Assembly: GCF_030013595.1 (NCBI RefSeq)
Contig: NZ_CP122768.1
Length of the DNA stretch: 64,000 nt
Strand: one strand, 5' to 3'
From: Escherichia coli
GTDB taxonomy: Bacteria; Pseudomonadota; Gammaproteobacteria; Enterobacterales; Enterobacteriaceae
The notes under the pieces: generated by a model
Database searches by the model: none
What the model was told of the DNA's origin: nothing
The model's input: only the letters and a program-made list of their open reading frames with translations
Shown: in pieces, positions 35,780-47,676 of the stretch
Layout of the letters: every line of letters begins with the position of its first letter
Numbering within the stretch: the first letter of the stretch is position 1
Translations under genes and position numbers: made by a program

Positions 35780-36364
35780 TTCGCTAACTTCGCGTCTTGC
35801 ACTCTTCGGTCTGAATGCAGCAACCACTTCCGGTGCCGTTTCAACGTATGGCCCTTCCAGCAACTGAATGCAGTACGGTACGCTGGCAAAAATACCGTGC
35901 ACCATAACGTTACCCTCAGCGTCCTTTACACCTTCCAGCGTCTCTTTAATAGACTTCGGCTGACCGGGTAAGTTAAGGATCAGCGCCTGTTTGCGAATCA
36001 CACCCACCTGACGCGAAAGGATCGCAGTTGGTACAAAATGCAGGCTGATCTGGCGCATCTGTTCACCAAAGCCAGGCATCTCGCGGTCCGCTACTGCCAG
36101 CGTCGCATCGGGCGTTACGTCACGACGCGCCGGGCCAGTTCCGCCCGTGGTGAGCACCAGATGGCAACTCATTTCATCCACCAGCTCACACAACGTTTGC
36201 TCGATGATCGCCTGCTCATCGGGGATTAAGCGGGTTTCCAGTTCAAACGGCGTGGTTAGCGCCGATGTCAGCCATTCTTCCAGCGCAGGGATGCCTTTAT
36301 CCTGATAAACGCCGCTGGATGCGCGATCAGAGATGGAAACTAAGCCAATACGTAAAGTATTCAT
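35777..36364 (-). CDS. mog: Molybdopterin adenylyltransferase Mog
   Basis: 195-aa MNTLRIGLVSISDRASSGVY... Confidence 0.9.
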   Translation of the reverse strand: MNTLRIGLVSISDRASSGVYQDKGIPALEEWLTSALTTPFELETRLIPDEQAIIEQTLCELVDEMSCHLVLTTGGTGPARRDVTPDATLAVADREMPGFGEQMRQISLHFVPTAILSRQVGVIRKQALILNLPGQPKSIKETLEGVKDAEGNVMVHGIFASVPYCIQLLEGPYVETAPEVVAAFRPKSARREVSE

Positions 36365-36478
36365 CAAGATTTTTCCGTTTAAACAGTCTCGTTAAACAGA
36401 ATGATACACTGCGAAGGGAGTGACAGACAGGCTTCAGAAGAGGTAGCGTGACCGACTTCCCGGTCACGCTAAGAATGA

Positions 36479-37432
36479 TTACAGCAGATCGCCGATCATT
36501 TTTTCCAGTTTTTCTTGGTCAACAGCAAACTTACGGATACCTTCCGCCAGTTTATCTACTGCCATTGGATCCTGGTTGTGCTGCCACAGGAACTCGGACT
36601 CAGTGATACGCGCCGGACGCGCTTTCACTTCGCCGGTGTAAGACAGTTTACGTTCGATAGCCCCTTCGCTCTCAGCCAGCTCTTTCAGCAGTGCCGGTGC
36701 GATGGTCAGACGGTCGCAACCTGCCAGTTCCAGAATTTCGCCGATGTTACGGAAGCTTGCGCCCATAACCACGGTTTCATAACCGTGCTCTTTGTAGTAC
36801 TGGTAGATTTCAGATACAGAAACCACGCCCGGATCTTCTGCCGGAGCGTACTCTTTCTTGTCGGTATTCGCTTTGTACCAGTCAAGAATACGGCCAACAA
36901 ACGGCGAGATCAGGAACACGCCCGCTTCCGCACAAGCACGAGCCTGAGCGAAGGAGAACAGCAGTGTCAGGTTACAGTTAATACCTTCTTTTTCCAGCTG
37001 TTCTGCAGCACGGATACCCTGCCAGGTAGAAGCCAGTTTGATCAGAATACGATCGTTGCTAATCCCTGCATCGTTGTAGAGTTTGATCAGGCGTTTTGCT
37101 TTCGCAATTGACGCTTCGGTGTCATAGGAAAGACGCGCATCAACTTCAGTTGAGATACGGCCCGGAACCAGTTTCAGGATTTCCAGACCAATATTTACTG
37201 CCAGTTTGTCGGTCGCGTCCACGATCTGCTGCGCGCGATCGTTGCTCTGCTGTTTCGCCCAGGCGACAGCATCATCAATCAACTTACGGTATTCCGGAAT
37301 CTGCGCTGCGTTAAGAATGAGAGAAGGGTTGGTTGTGGCATCCTGCGGTTGATACAGCTTCATTGCCGCGATGTCCCCAGTGTCGGCCACTACGGTGGTG
37401 TACTGACGAAGGGAGGTCAATTTGTCCGTCAT
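36479..37432 (-). CDS. talB: Transaldolase B
   Basis: 317-aa from [38 protein letters not shown]... Confidence 0.95.
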
Positions 37433-37710
37433 GATAGTATTTCTCTTTAAACAGCTTGTTAGGGGGATGTAACCGGTCTGCCCTGATGATATCACGACGC
37501 AACGTCAGCGCAACCGCCGACAAGACGGTTATCGCCAGGCGAGACTGTTTCGGATTTCTGACACTGCGTTGATATCGCCCGCCATTTTTATACAAAACCT
37601 CATGTATGCTACGCAGAAGTTATCAAGTACCTCGTAGCGTATATACTTCTTAAACAATTGGTAACGTTTACACAGGAAAGTCATCGCGACCGGCAATAAG
37701 AGGGATATGC

Positions 37711-39141
37711 ATGCCAGATTTTTTCTCCTTTATTAACAGCGTCCTTTGGGGATCGGTAATGATTTACCTGCTCTTCGGCGCAGGTTGTTGGTTCACTTTT
37801 CGCACCGGATTTGTGCAGTTTCGCTACATCCGCCAGTTTGGCAAAAGTCTTAAAAATAGCATTCATCCACAGCCAGGCGGTTTAACCTCATTTCAATCAT
37901 TGTGTACCAGTCTTGCGGCGCGCGTGGGTAGCGGCAACCTGGCTGGCGTTGCGCTGGCTATTACCGCCGGTGGACCAGGTGCCGTCTTCTGGATGTGGGT
38001 TGCCGCGTTTATCGGCATGGCGACCTCGTTTGCCGAATGTTCCCTTGCACAACTTTATAAAGAACGTGACGTTAATGGGCAGTTTCGTGGCGGACCGGCA
38101 TGGTATATGGCGCGCGGGCTGGGGATGCGCTGGATGGGCGTTCTGTTCGCCCTCTTTTTGCTCATCGCCTACGGCATAATTTTCAGCGGAGTTCAGGCGA
38201 ACGCCGTTGCCCGAGCCCTGAGTTTTTCTTTTGATTTTCCCCCGCTGGTGACAGGCATTATTCTTGCTGTCTTTGCTCTGCTGGCAATCACTCGCGGTCT
38301 TCATGGCGTCGCCCGGCTCATGCAAGGGTTTGTCCCGTTGATGGCGATAATCTGGGTACTGACCAGCCTGGTAATTTGCGTAATGAATATCGGGCAACTT
38401 CCCCACGTCATTTGGTCTATTTTTGAGAGTGCTTTTGGCTGGCAGGAAGCGGCAGGCGGCGCGGCGGGATATACCTTAAGCCAGGCGATTACTAACGGTT
38501 TTCAGCGCAGTATGTTTTCCAATGAGGCGGGAATGGGGTCGACGCCAAACGCGGCAGCGGCGGCTGCGTCCTGGCCTCCGCATCCCGCAGCGCAAGGAAT
38601 TGTCCAGATGATTGGCATTTTTATCGACACCCTGGTCATCTGTACGGCAAGCGCCATGCTGATATTACTGGCGGGTAACGGCACAACCTACATGCCGCTG
38701 GAAGGTATTCAGCTTATCCAGAAGGCGATGCGGGTGTTAATGGGTTCCTGGGGTGCGGAGTTTGTTACCCTCGTGGTTATTCTGTTTGCCTTCAGCTCCA
38801 TCGTTGCCAATTACATTTATGCCGAAAACAATCTCTTCTTCTTACGCCTGAACAACCCTAAAGCGATCTGGTGTCTGCGAATCTGCACCTTCGCAACGGT
38901 CATCGGCGGCACCTTGCTAAGTCTTCCGCTGATGTGGCAACTGGCAGATATCATTATGGCCTGCATGGCTATTACCAATTTGACCGCCATATTACTGCTC
39001 TCGCCTGTGGTTCATACCATTGCCAGTGATTATCTACGCCAGCGTAAACTCGGCGTGCGCCCGGTGTTTGATCCGTTGCGTTATCCGGATATCGGTCGCC
39101 AGCTTTCTCCGGACGCGTGGGATGATGTTTCGCAGGAGTAA
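37711..39141 (+). CDS. yaaJ: Alanine/glycine:cation symporter family transporter YaaJ
   Basis: 476-aa polytopic membrane protein of the AGCS family. Confidence 0.9.
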   Translation: MPDFFSFINSVLWGSVMIYLLFGAGCWFTFRTGFVQFRYIRQFGKSLKNSIHPQPGGLTSFQSLCTSLAARVGSGNLAGVALAITAGGPGAVFWMWVAAFIGMATSFAECSLAQLYKERDVNGQFRGGPAWYMARGLGMRWMGVLFALFLLIAYGIIFSGVQANAVARALSFSFDFPPLVTGIILAVFALLAITRGLHGVARLMQGFVPLMAIIWVLTSLVICVMNIGQLPHVIWSIFESAFGWQEAAGGAAGYTLSQAITNGFQRSMFSNEAGMGSTPNAAAAAASWPPHPAAQGIVQMIGIFIDTLVICTASAMLILLAGNGTTYMPLEGIQLIQKAMRVLMGSWGAEFVTLVVILFAFSSIVANYIYAENNLFFLRLNNPKAIWCLRICTFATVIGGTLLSLPLMWQLADIIMACMAITNLTAILLLSPVVHTIASDYLRQRKLGVRPVFDPLRYPDIGRQLSPDAWDDVSQE

Positions 39142-39210
39142 TCACAACTATCGATCAACTCATTCTCTTTTTTTGCTAAAGTCGGCATAAATTTCCTGCA
39201 AGGACTGGAT

Positions 39211-39987
39211 ATGCTGATTCTTATTTCACCTGCGAAAACGCTCGATTACCAAAGCCCGTTGCCCACCACGCGCTATACGCTGCCGGAGCTGTTAGACAAT
39301 TCCCAGCAGTTGATCCATGAAGCGCGGAAACTGACGCCTCCGCAGATTAGCACGCTGATGCGCATCAGCGACAAACTGGCGGGTATCAACGCCGCTCGCT
39401 TTCATGACTGGCAGCCAGATTTCACGCCGGAGAATGCCCGCCAGGCGATTCTGGCGTTTAAAGGTGATGTCTACACCGGCTTGCAGGCCGAAACCTTCAG
39501 CGAAGACGATTTCGATTTTGCCCAACAGCATTTGCGAATGCTTTCCGGCTTGTATGGCGTACTGCGCCCGCTCGATTTAATGCAGCCTTATCGTCTGGAA
39601 ATGGGGATCCGTCTTGAGAATGCCCGAGGGAAAGATCTGTATCAATTCTGGGGAGATATCATCACCAACAAGCTGAACGAGGCGCTCGCAGCACAAGGCG
39701 ATAATGTGGTGATTAATCTGGCGTCAGATGAGTATTTTAAATCGGTGAAGCCGAAGAAATTGAATGCCGAGATTATCAAGCCGGTGTTCCTCGATGAGAA
39801 GAACGGCAAATTTAAGATCATCAGCTTCTACGCTAAGAAAGCACGCGGTCTGATGAGTCGTTTCATTATTGAAAATCGGCTGACCAAACCAGAGCAACTG
39901 ACTGGTTTTAATAGCGAAGGTTACTTCTTTGATGAAGCTTCCTCCAGCAATGGTGAACTGGTGTTTAAACGCTACGAGCAGCGTTAA
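39211..39987 (+). CDS. yaaA: Peroxide stress resistance protein YaaA (UPF0246)
   Basis: 258-aa [16 protein letters not shown]... Confidence 0.9.
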   Translation: MLILISPAKTLDYQSPLPTTRYTLPELLDNSQQLIHEARKLTPPQISTLMRISDKLAGINAARFHDWQPDFTPENARQAILAFKGDVYTGLQAETFSEDDFDFAQQHLRMLSGLYGVLRPLDLMQPYRLEMGIRLENARGKDLYQFWGDIITNKLNEALAAQGDNVVINLASDEYFKSVKPKKLNAEIIKPVFLDEKNGKFKIISFYAKKARGLMSRFIIENRLTKPEQLTGFNSEGYFFDEASSSNGELVFKRYEQR

Positions 39988-40026
39988 GTTTGTAGTCAAT
40001 GCCGGATGGCAATCCGGCATTGATAT

Positions 40027-40323
40027 TTAGCGATGATGTTTGTCAGGCCCCGGACGATGATCGCCACGATGATCATTGTGCTTGTTATGGCGCGGCGATG
40101 GCGGCGGTCCATATGGGTGCCAGCGATTGCCTCGCCATTCATAATGTTGTTTCCACCAGCCGTGGTCGCGCCAGTGACCGCCATCCCAGTAATAGCCACG
40201 ATTATCACGATCGCCTATCTGTAATTTTACTGACGGGACTAACGTAATTTCCGCAGCCTGCGCTGCCATGGGAGCGACCAGAACCAGGGAAAGTGCGAGT
40301 ACGATAGATTGCATCTTTTTCAC
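40027..40323 (-). CDS. yaaX: Small secreted His/Arg/Trp-rich protein YaaX (DUF2502)
   Basis: 98-aa ORF with signal peptide [23 protein letters not shown]. Confidence 0.8.
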   Translation of the reverse strand: MKKMQSIVLALSLVLVAPMAAQAAEITLVPSVKLQIGDRDNRGYYWDGGHWRDHGWWKQHYEWRGNRWHPYGPPPSPRHNKHNDHRGDHRPGPDKHHR

Positions 40324-40536
40324 AGGTTACTCCTTTTATCATTGCCCGTTATGGGTCGATATCCGGAGATTACGCGATGAGAACGGCGGTTGTTATTCTC
40401 CGCAATCCTAATCTCTAAGTTACCGCATTTATTGAGAATTTCTCCTTTTTCCCTGTCGTTTCTCTCCATATTTTCTTCACAAAAAAGCCGGGCTGCATAA
40501 AAGCAAACTCGGCCTGATTGAGATAATGAATAGATA

Positions 40537-41823
40537 TTACTGATGATTCATCATCAATTTACGCAACGCAGCAAAATCGGCGGGCAGATTATGCGAAAGC
40601 AAGGGTAAATCGGCACGTTCTGCCAGCTCTTTTGGCAGATCCAACGTTTCACCGAGAATCGCTTCCACGCTCTCTTTAAATTTCGCCGGATGCGCGGTGC
40701 CGAGGAACAAGCCATATTCGCCTGGATTCAACTGGTCACGCAGCGCACGATAAGCTACGGCAGCGTGCGGCTCCGAGGTGTAGCCCAGTTCTTTTAACTC
40801 ACGCATTGTCTGTTGCGTGGTTTCATCATCCACGGCTGCATAACCCAGCTCTTTCAGTTGCCAGATTTTGCGGCGGAACAACTCTTCCACACGCGGCCAG
40901 TTGTTCGGCTGACTCACGTCCATCGCGTTGGATAACGTCGCCTGAGTCGCTTTGGGGGACCACTGACCGTCGTGCAGGAAACGTGGCACGGTATCGTTCA
41001 CGTTGGTCGCAGCAATAAAACGTTTCACCGGCAGACCGAGTGACTTCGCCAGCAGACCCGCCGTCAAATCGCCGAAGTTACCGCTCGGCACCGAGACAAC
41101 CAGCTGGTTGCGCGCTTCCTGCGGCAACTGCGCCACGGCTTCAAAGTAGTAGCAAATCTGCGCCAGCAAACGGCTGATGTTAATGGAGTTAGCAGAGTTT
41201 AACCCCAGCGCCACTTTCAGTTCTTCATCATCAAACGCCTGCTTCACCAGCGCCTGACAGGCATCGAAATCGCCGTCGATGGCAACAGTTTCAATATTGC
41301 CGCCCAATGTACAGAACAGTTTTTCTTGCAGTGGACTGATTTTGCCTCGTGGATAGAGGATAACCACTTTCACATTCGGCAAACCGTAGAAAGCATGAGC
41401 CACTGCCGCTCCGGTATCACCGGAGGTCGCGGTCAGAATGGTCACTGGCTTATCGCCCGCAATATGGGTCAGCATTTGTGCCATAAAGCGACCGCCGAAA
41501 TCTTTAAATGCCAGCGTTGGCCCGTGGAACAACTCCAGACAACCGACATCGCTTTCAACATTGGCGACCGGAGCCGGGAAGGCAAACGCCGCGCGTACGC
41601 GCTCTTCCAGGATTTCCTGCGGGATTTCATCACCAATAAACGCCGAGAGGATCTTCGCACTGCGGGTGACAAAATCCAGCTTCAGCATCTCATCAATTTC
41701 AGTCAGGCTGAATTCCGGCAGGTCGTGCGGGAAAAACAGCCCCTGATTTTTGCCCAACCCCTGGGTTACGGCTTGCGCAAAGCTGACCTGCTCATTGTGA
41801 TCTTTAAGATTGTAGAGTTTCAT
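40537..41823 (-). CDS. thrC: Threonine synthase
   Basis: 428-aa MKLYNLKDHNEQVSFAQAVTQGLGKNQGLFFP... Confidence 0.95.
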   Translation of the reverse strand: MKLYNLKDHNEQVSFAQAVTQGLGKNQGLFFPHDLPEFSLTEIDEMLKLDFVTRSAKILSAFIGDEIPQEILEERVRAAFAFPAPVANVESDVGCLELFHGPTLAFKDFGGRFMAQMLTHIAGDKPVTILTATSGDTGAAVAHAFYGLPNVKVVILYPRGKISPLQEKLFCTLGGNIETVAIDGDFDACQALVKQAFDDEELKVALGLNSANSINISRLLAQICYYFEAVAQLPQEARNQLVVSVPSGNFGDLTAGLLAKSLGLPVKRFIAATNVNDTVPRFLHDGQWSPKATQATLSNAMDVSQPNNWPRVEELFRRKIWQLKELGYAAVDDETTQQTMRELKELGYTSEPHAAVAYRALRDQLNPGEYGLFLGTAHPAKFKESVEAILGETLDLPKELAERADLPLLSHNLPADFAALRKLMMNHQ

Positions 41824-42756
41824 TTAGTTTTCCAGTACTCGTGCGCCCGCCGTATCCAGCCGGCAAATATGAACAAAACCTTCCTGATTTTGCAGGTAGT
41901 TCTTACCCAACCAGTCGGCAACGCGCTGGGCGGTATCCGGCTTGTCACACAGAGCGAACAAAGTCGGGCCGGAGCCGGAGATACCGCTCGCTACCGCGCC
42001 GATTTCCGCGACCGCCTGCCGCGCCTGCCGGAAGCCTGGCAGTAACCGTTCACGGTAGGGTTCAGCGATAACATCTTTCATCAGCTTCGCGGCAAGCTCA
42101 GGCTGACGGGAATAGCAGGCGTGAATAAAGCCTGCCAGATGTCGCCCGTGCGCAATGCAATCCTGGCGGCGATACTGCGCCGGTAAAATAGCCCTGGCTT
42201 CTGCCGTCGAGACTTTAATCCCCGGATACGCCAGCACCCACAGCCACTCATCAAACCCTGGCACTTGCTGGCTGATGATGTCGTTTTCTTCGATCATCAA
42301 CTGCATACCACCAAGAAAACACGGTGCCACGTTGTCGTAATGAATGCTGCCGGAGATACGCCCTTCCAGCTCGCCCATCAAAGCCAGCAAACGGGTGCCA
42401 TTAAGCGGCTTGCCGCAGTGTTCATTCATCGCCATCAGCGCCGCGACCACTGAGCAGGCGCTGGAGCCTAAGCCCGAGCCGATCGGCATATTCTTTTCCA
42501 GGGTCATCGCCACTGGAATTTGCTTACCCAGCTCCTGGCAAAAACGCTCCCAACACTGATAAACGATATTTTCCCGAGGTTCTGACGGCAGCTTATCGGC
42601 AAAGCGTCCGAGGTTATTGAGACTGAATGTCTCTGCCGCCTCAACCGTGACTACATCTCCGAGCAATGCACCATCAACGGGTGTCACCGCCGCCCCGAGC
42701 ACATCAAACCCGACGCTCATATTGGCACTGGAAGCCGGGGCATAAACTTTAACCAT
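41824..42756 (-). CDS. thrB: Homoserine kinase
   Basis: 310-aa [24 protein letters not shown]... Confidence 0.95.
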   Translation of the reverse strand: MVKVYAPASSANMSVGFDVLGAAVTPVDGALLGDVVTVEAAETFSLNNLGRFADKLPSEPRENIVYQCWERFCQELGKQIPVAMTLEKNMPIGSGLGSSACSVVAALMAMNEHCGKPLNGTRLLALMGELEGRISGSIHYDNVAPCFLGGMQLMIEENDIISQQVPGFDEWLWVLAYPGIKVSTAEARAILPAQYRRQDCIAHGRHLAGFIHACYSRQPELAAKLMKDVIAEPYRERLLPGFRQARQAVAEIGAVASGISGSGPTLFALCDKPDTAQRVADWLGKNYLQNQEGFVHICRLDTAGARVLEN

Positions 42757-42757
42757 G

Positions 42758-45220
42758 TCAGACTCCTAACTTCCATGAGAGGGTACGTAGTAGATCGGCA
42801 AAAACACCGGCAGCTGTAACGTCATTGCCCGCACCATATCCGCGCAGCACCAACGGCAGCGGCTGATAATAGTGGCTATAGAAGGCCAGGGCGTTTTCGC
42901 CATTTTTCACTTTGAACAGCGGATCATTACCATCCACTTCGGCAATCTTCACGCGACAGACGCCATCTTCATCAATATTGCCAACATAGCGTAAAACTTT
43001 TCCTTCATCACGGGCCTTCGCCACGCGCGCGGCAAAGAGATCGTCGAGCTGTGACAGATTCGCCATAAAAGCGGTAACATCACCCTCGGCGTTAAACTCA
43101 GCAGGCAGCACAGGTTCAATTTCAATATCCGCCAGCTCCAGTTCACGTCCCGTTTCACGAGCGAGAATCAAAAGTTTACGCGCCACATCCATACCAGAAA
43201 GATCATCTCGCGGATCCGGTTCGGTATAACCCATTTCCCGCGCCAGCGTGGTCGCCTCGGAGAAACTCATGCCTTCGTCTAACTTGCCGAAGATATAAGA
43301 AAGCGAACCAGAAAGAATGCCGGAGAACTTCATCAATTCATCACCTGCATTGAGCAGATTTTGCAGGTTCTCAATAACCGGTAATCCAGCCCCAACGTTG
43401 GTGTCATAGAGGAATTTACGCCGCGATTTTTCCGCCGCATGACGCAACAGATGGTAGTAATCCATCGACGAGGTGTTAGCCTTTTTGTTCGGCGTAACAA
43501 CGTGGAAACCTTCGCGCAGGAAGTCGGCATATTGATCCGCCACTGCCTGGCTGGAGGTGCAGTCAACAATGACCGGGTTTAGCAGATGATATTCTTTCAC
43601 GAGGCGAATTAAGCGCCCGAGATTAAACGGCTCTTTGGCTTGCGCCAGTTCTTCCTGCCAGTTTTCCAGATTAAGGCCATGTACATTGGTGAGCAGAGCC
43701 TTCGAGTTGGCAACACCGCAGACACGTAAGTCGATATGTTTATTCTTCAGCCAGCTTTGCTGACGCTTCAGTTGCTCCAGCAGCGCACCGCCAACGCCAC
43801 CGACGCCAATCACAAACACTTCGATAACCTGATCGGTATTGAACAGCATCTGATGAGTAACGCGCACGCCAGTGGTCGCATCATCGTTATTTACCACGAC
43901 AGAGATTGAGCGTTCAGAAGATCCCTGAGCAATGGCGACAATGTTGATATTGGCGCGGGCCAGCGCGGCAAAGAATTTCGCCGAGATCCCACGCAAGGTG
44001 CGCATACCATCACCTACCACCGAGATAATGGCCAGCCGTTCCGTCACTGCCAGCGGCTCCAGTAAGCCTTCTTTCAGTTCCAGGTAGAACTCTTCCTGCA
44101 TTGCCCGTTCAGCTCGCACACAGTCGCTTTGTGGAACGCAGAAACTGATACTGTATTCAGAAGATGATTGCGTAATCAGCACCACGGAAATACGGGCGCG
44201 TGACATCGCTGCAAAGACGCGCGCCGCCATGCCGACCATCCCTTTCATCCCCGGACCAGAAACGCTGAACATTGCCATGTTATTCAGATTGGAAATGCCC
44301 TTGACCGGTAATTCGTCTTCATCACGGCTGGCACCAATGAGCGTACCTGGTGCTTGAGGATTTCCGGTATTTTTAATCAGGCAAGGGATCTGGAACTGGG
44401 CGATGGGGGTAATGGTGCGGGGGTGAAGAACTTTAGCGCCGAAGTAGGAAAGCTCCATCGCTTCCTGGTAGGACATCGACTTCAACAACCTCGCATCGGG
44501 CACCTGACGCGGGTCGCAGGTATAGACCCCGTCAACGTCTGTCCAAATCTCGCAACAATCGGCGCGTAAACAGGCAGCCAGCACCGCCGCGGAGTAGTCG
44601 GAACCGTTGCGTCCAAGCACCACCAGTTCGCCTTTTTCATTACCGGCGGTGAAACCTGCCATCAGCACCATGTGATCAGCCGGAATACGACTTGCCGCAA
44701 TACGGCGGGTGGACTCAGCAATATCGACGGTAGATTCGAGGTAATGCCCCACTGCCAGCAGTTTTTCGACCGGATCGATAACGGTAACGTTGTGACCGCG
44801 CGCTTCTAATACGCCGGCCATAATGGCGATCGACATTTTCTCGCCACGGCAAATCAGCGCAGCGTTGATGCTATCCGGGCACTGCCCCAACAAACTAATG
44901 CCATGCAGGACATGTTTTATTTGGGCAAATTCCTGATCGACGAAAGTTTTCAATTGCGCCAGCGGGAACCCCGGCTGGGCGGCGGCGAGTCCCGTCAAAA
45001 GTTCGGCAAAAATACGTTCGGCATCGCTGATATTGGGTAAAGCATCCTGGCCGCTAATGGTTTTTTCAATCATCGCCACCAGGTGGTTGGTGATTTTGGC
45101 GGGGGCAGAGAGGACGGTGGCCACCTGCCCCTGCCTGGCATTGCTTTCCAGAATATCGGCAACCCGCAGAAAACGTTCTGCATTTGCCACTGATGTACCG
45201 CCGAACTTCAACACTCGCAT
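42758..45220 (-). CDS. thrA: Bifunctional aspartokinase I / homoserine dehydrogenase I
   Basis: 820 aa from [26 protein letters not shown]... Confidence 0.95.
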   Translation of the reverse strand: MRVLKFGGTSVANAERFLRVADILESNARQGQVATVLSAPAKITNHLVAMIEKTISGQDALPNISDAERIFAELLTGLAAAQPGFPLAQLKTFVDQEFAQIKHVLHGISLLGQCPDSINAALICRGEKMSIAIMAGVLEARGHNVTVIDPVEKLLAVGHYLESTVDIAESTRRIAASRIPADHMVLMAGFTAGNEKGELVVLGRNGSDYSAAVLAACLRADCCEIWTDVDGVYTCDPRQVPDARLLKSMSYQEAMELSYFGAKVLHPRTITPIAQFQIPCLIKNTGNPQAPGTLIGASRDEDELPVKGISNLNNMAMFSVSGPGMKGMVGMAARVFAAMSRARISVVLITQSSSEYSISFCVPQSDCVRAERAMQEEFYLELKEGLLEPLAVTERLAIISVVGDGMRTLRGISAKFFAALARANINIVAIAQGSSERSISVVVNNDDATTGVRVTHQMLFNTDQVIEVFVIGVGGVGGALLEQLKRQQSWLKNKHIDLRVCGVANSKALLTNVHGLNLENWQEELAQAKEPFNLGRLIRLVKEYHLLNPVIVDCTSSQAVADQYADFLREGFHVVTPNKKANTSSMDYYHLLRHAAEKSRRKFLYDTNVGAGLPVIENLQNLLNAGDELMKFSGILSGSLSYIFGKLDEGMSFSEATTLAREMGYTEPDPRDDLSGMDVARKLLILARETGRELELADIEIEPVLPAEFNAEGDVTAFMANLSQLDDLFAARVAKARDEGKVLRYVGNIDEDGVCRVKIAEVDGNDPLFKVKNGENALAFYSHYYQPLPLVLRGYGAGNDVTAAGVFADLLRTLSWKLGV

Positions 45221-45242
45221 GGTTGTTACCTCGTTACCTTTG

Positions 45243-45285
45243 GTCGAAAAAAAAGCCCGCACTGTCAGGTGCGGGCTTTTTTCTG
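45243..45285 (-). terminator. thr operon attenuator (leader terminator)
   Basis: AAGCCCGCAC-loop-GTGCGGGCTT hairpin followed by a U-run on the minus strand, between thrL and thrA. Confidence 0.8.
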
Positions 45286-45300
45286 TGTTTCCTGTACGCG

Positions 45301-45369
<69 letters not shown>

Positions 45370-45579
45370 TGTTGTGTACTCTGTAATTTTTAACTGTCTG
45401 TGCGCTATGCCTATATTGGTTAAAGTATTTAGTGACCTAAGTCAATAAAATTTTAATTTACTCACGGCAGGTAACCAGTTCAGAAGCTGCTATCAGACAC
45501 TCTTTTTTTAATCCACACAGAGACATATTGCCCGTTGCAGTCAGAATGAAAAGCTGAAAAATACTTACTAAGGCGTTTT

Positions 45580-46266
45580 TTATTTGGTGATATTTTTTTC
45601 AATATCATGCAGCAAACGGTGCAACATTGCCGTGTCTCGTTGCTCTAAAAGCCCCAGACGTTGTTGTAACCAGTCGACCAGTTTTGTGTCATCTGCCACT
45701 GCCAGAGTCGTCAGCAATGCCATGGCTCGTTCGCGTAAAGCTTGCAGTTGATGTTGGTCTGCCATTGTGTCACTTTTCGCCGGTTGTTGTATTAATGTTG
45801 CTAATTGATAGCAATAGACCATCACCGCCTGCCCCAGATTGAGCGAAGGATAATCCGCCACCATCGGCACACCAGTAAGAACGTCAGCCAACGCTAACTC
45901 TTCGTTAGTCAACCCGGAATCTTCGCGACCAAACACCAGCGCGGCATGGCTCATCCATGAAGATTTTTCCTCTAACAGCGGCACCAGTTCTACTGGCGTA
46001 GCGTAGTAATGATATTTCGCCCGACTGCGCGCAGTGGTGGCGACAGTGAAATCGACATCGTGTAACGATTCAGCCAGTGTCGGGAAAACTTTAATATTAT
46101 CAATAATATCACCAGATCCATGTGCGACCCAGCGGGTGGCTGGCTCCAGGTGTGCCTGACTATCGACAATCCGCAGCTCGCTAAACCCCATCGTTTTCAT
46201 TGCCCGCGCCGCTGCCCCAATATTTTCTGCTCTGGCGGGTGCAACCAGAATAATCGTTATACGCAT
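45580..46266 (-). CDS. lasT: Putative tRNA/rRNA methyltransferase LasT (YjtD), SpoU family
   Basis: 228 aa from MRITIILVAPARAENIGAAARAMKTMGF... Confidence 0.85.
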   Translation of the reverse strand: MRITIILVAPARAENIGAAARAMKTMGFSELRIVDSQAHLEPATRWVAHGSGDIIDNIKVFPTLAESLHDVDFTVATTARSRAKYHYYATPVELVPLLEEKSSWMSHAALVFGREDSGLTNEELALADVLTGVPMVADYPSLNLGQAVMVYCYQLATLIQQPAKSDTMADQHQLQALRERAMALLTTLAVADDTKLVDWLQQRLGLLEQRDTAMLHRLLHDIEKNITK

Positions 46267-46665
46267 ATTGCCACTCTTCTTGATCAAATAACCGCGAACC
46301 GAATGATCACTGTCAACTTATTACGCGGTGCGAATTTACAAATTCTTAACGTAAGTCGCAGAAAAAGCCCTTTACTTAGCTTAAAAAAGGCTAAACTATT
46401 TCCTGACTGTACTAACGGTTGAATTGTTAAAAAATGCTACATATCCTTCTGTTTACTTAGGATAATTTTATAAAAAATAAATCTCGACAATTGGATTCAC
46501 CACGTTTATTAGTTGTATGATGCAACTAGTTGGATTATTAAAATAATGTGACGAAAGCTAGCATTTAGATACGATGATTTCATCAAACTGTTAACGTGCT
46601 ACAATTGAACTTGATATATGTCAACGAAGCGTAGTTTTATTGGGTGTCCGGCCCCTCTTAGCCTG

Positions 46666-46806
46666 TTATGTTGCTGTTAAAATGGTTAGGATGACAGCCG
46701 TTTTTGACACTGTCGGGTCCTGAGGGAAAGTACCCACGACCAAGCTAATGATGTTGTTGACGTTGATGGAAAGTGCATCAAGAACGCAATTACGTACTTT
46801 AGTCAT
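46666..46806 (-). CDS. yjjY: Small uncharacterised protein YjjY
   Basis: 46-aa ORF translated by hand (MTKVRNCVLDALSINVNNIISLVVGTFPQDPTVSKTAVILTILTAT) at the position of yjjY upstream of arcA; coding status uncertain. Confidence 0.5.
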   Translation of the reverse strand: MTKVRNCVLDALSINVNNIISLVVGTFPQDPTVSKTAVILTILTAT

Positions 46807-46901
46807 GTTACGCCGATCATGTTAATTTGCAGCATGCATCAGGCAGGTCAGGGACTTTTGTACTTCCTGTTTCGATTTAGTTGGCAATTTAGGTAGCAAA
46901 C

Positions 46902-47618
46902 ATGCAGACCCCGCACATTCTTATCGTTGAAGACGAGTTGGTAACACGCAACACGTTGAAAAGTATTTTCGAAGCGGAAGGCTATGATGTTTTCGAAGCG
47001 ACAGATGGCGCGGAAATGCATCAGATCCTCTCTGAATATGACATCAACCTGGTGATCATGGATATCAATCTGCCGGGTAAGAACGGTCTTCTGTTAGCGC
47101 GTGAACTGCGCGAGCAGGCGAATGTTGCGTTGATGTTCCTGACTGGCCGTGACAACGAAGTCGATAAAATTCTCGGCCTCGAAATCGGTGCAGATGACTA
47201 CATCACCAAACCGTTCAACCCGCGTGAACTGACGATTCGTGCACGCAACCTGCTGTCCCGTACCATGAATCTGGGTACTGTCAGCGAAGAACGTCGTAGC
47301 GTTGAAAGCTACAAGTTCAATGGTTGGGAACTGGACATCAACAGCCGTTCGTTGATCGGCCCTGATGGCGAGCAGTACAAGCTGCCGCGCAGTGAGTTCC
47401 GCGCCATGCTTCACTTCTGTGAAAACCCAGGCAAAATTCAGTCCCGTGCTGAACTGCTGAAGAAAATGACCGGCCGTGAGCTGAAACCGCACGACCGTAC
47501 TGTAGACGTGACGATCCGCCGTATTCGTAAACATTTCGAATCTACGCCGGATACGCCGGAAATCATCGCCACCATTCACGGTGAAGGTTATCGCTTCTGC
47601 GGTGATCTGGAAGATTAA
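46902..47618 (+). CDS. arcA: Aerobic respiration control response regulator ArcA
   Basis: 238-aa [30 protein letters not shown]... Confidence 0.95.
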
Positions 47619-47640
47619 TCGGCTTTACCACCGTCAAAAA

Positions 47641-47672
47641 AACGGCGCTTTTTAGCGCCGTTTTTATTTTTC
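47641..47672. terminator. Bidirectional terminator between arcA and creD
   Basis: AAACGGCGCTTTTTAGCGCCGTTT hairpin with flanking T/A runs between convergent genes. Confidence 0.6.
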
Positions 47673-47676
47673 AACC

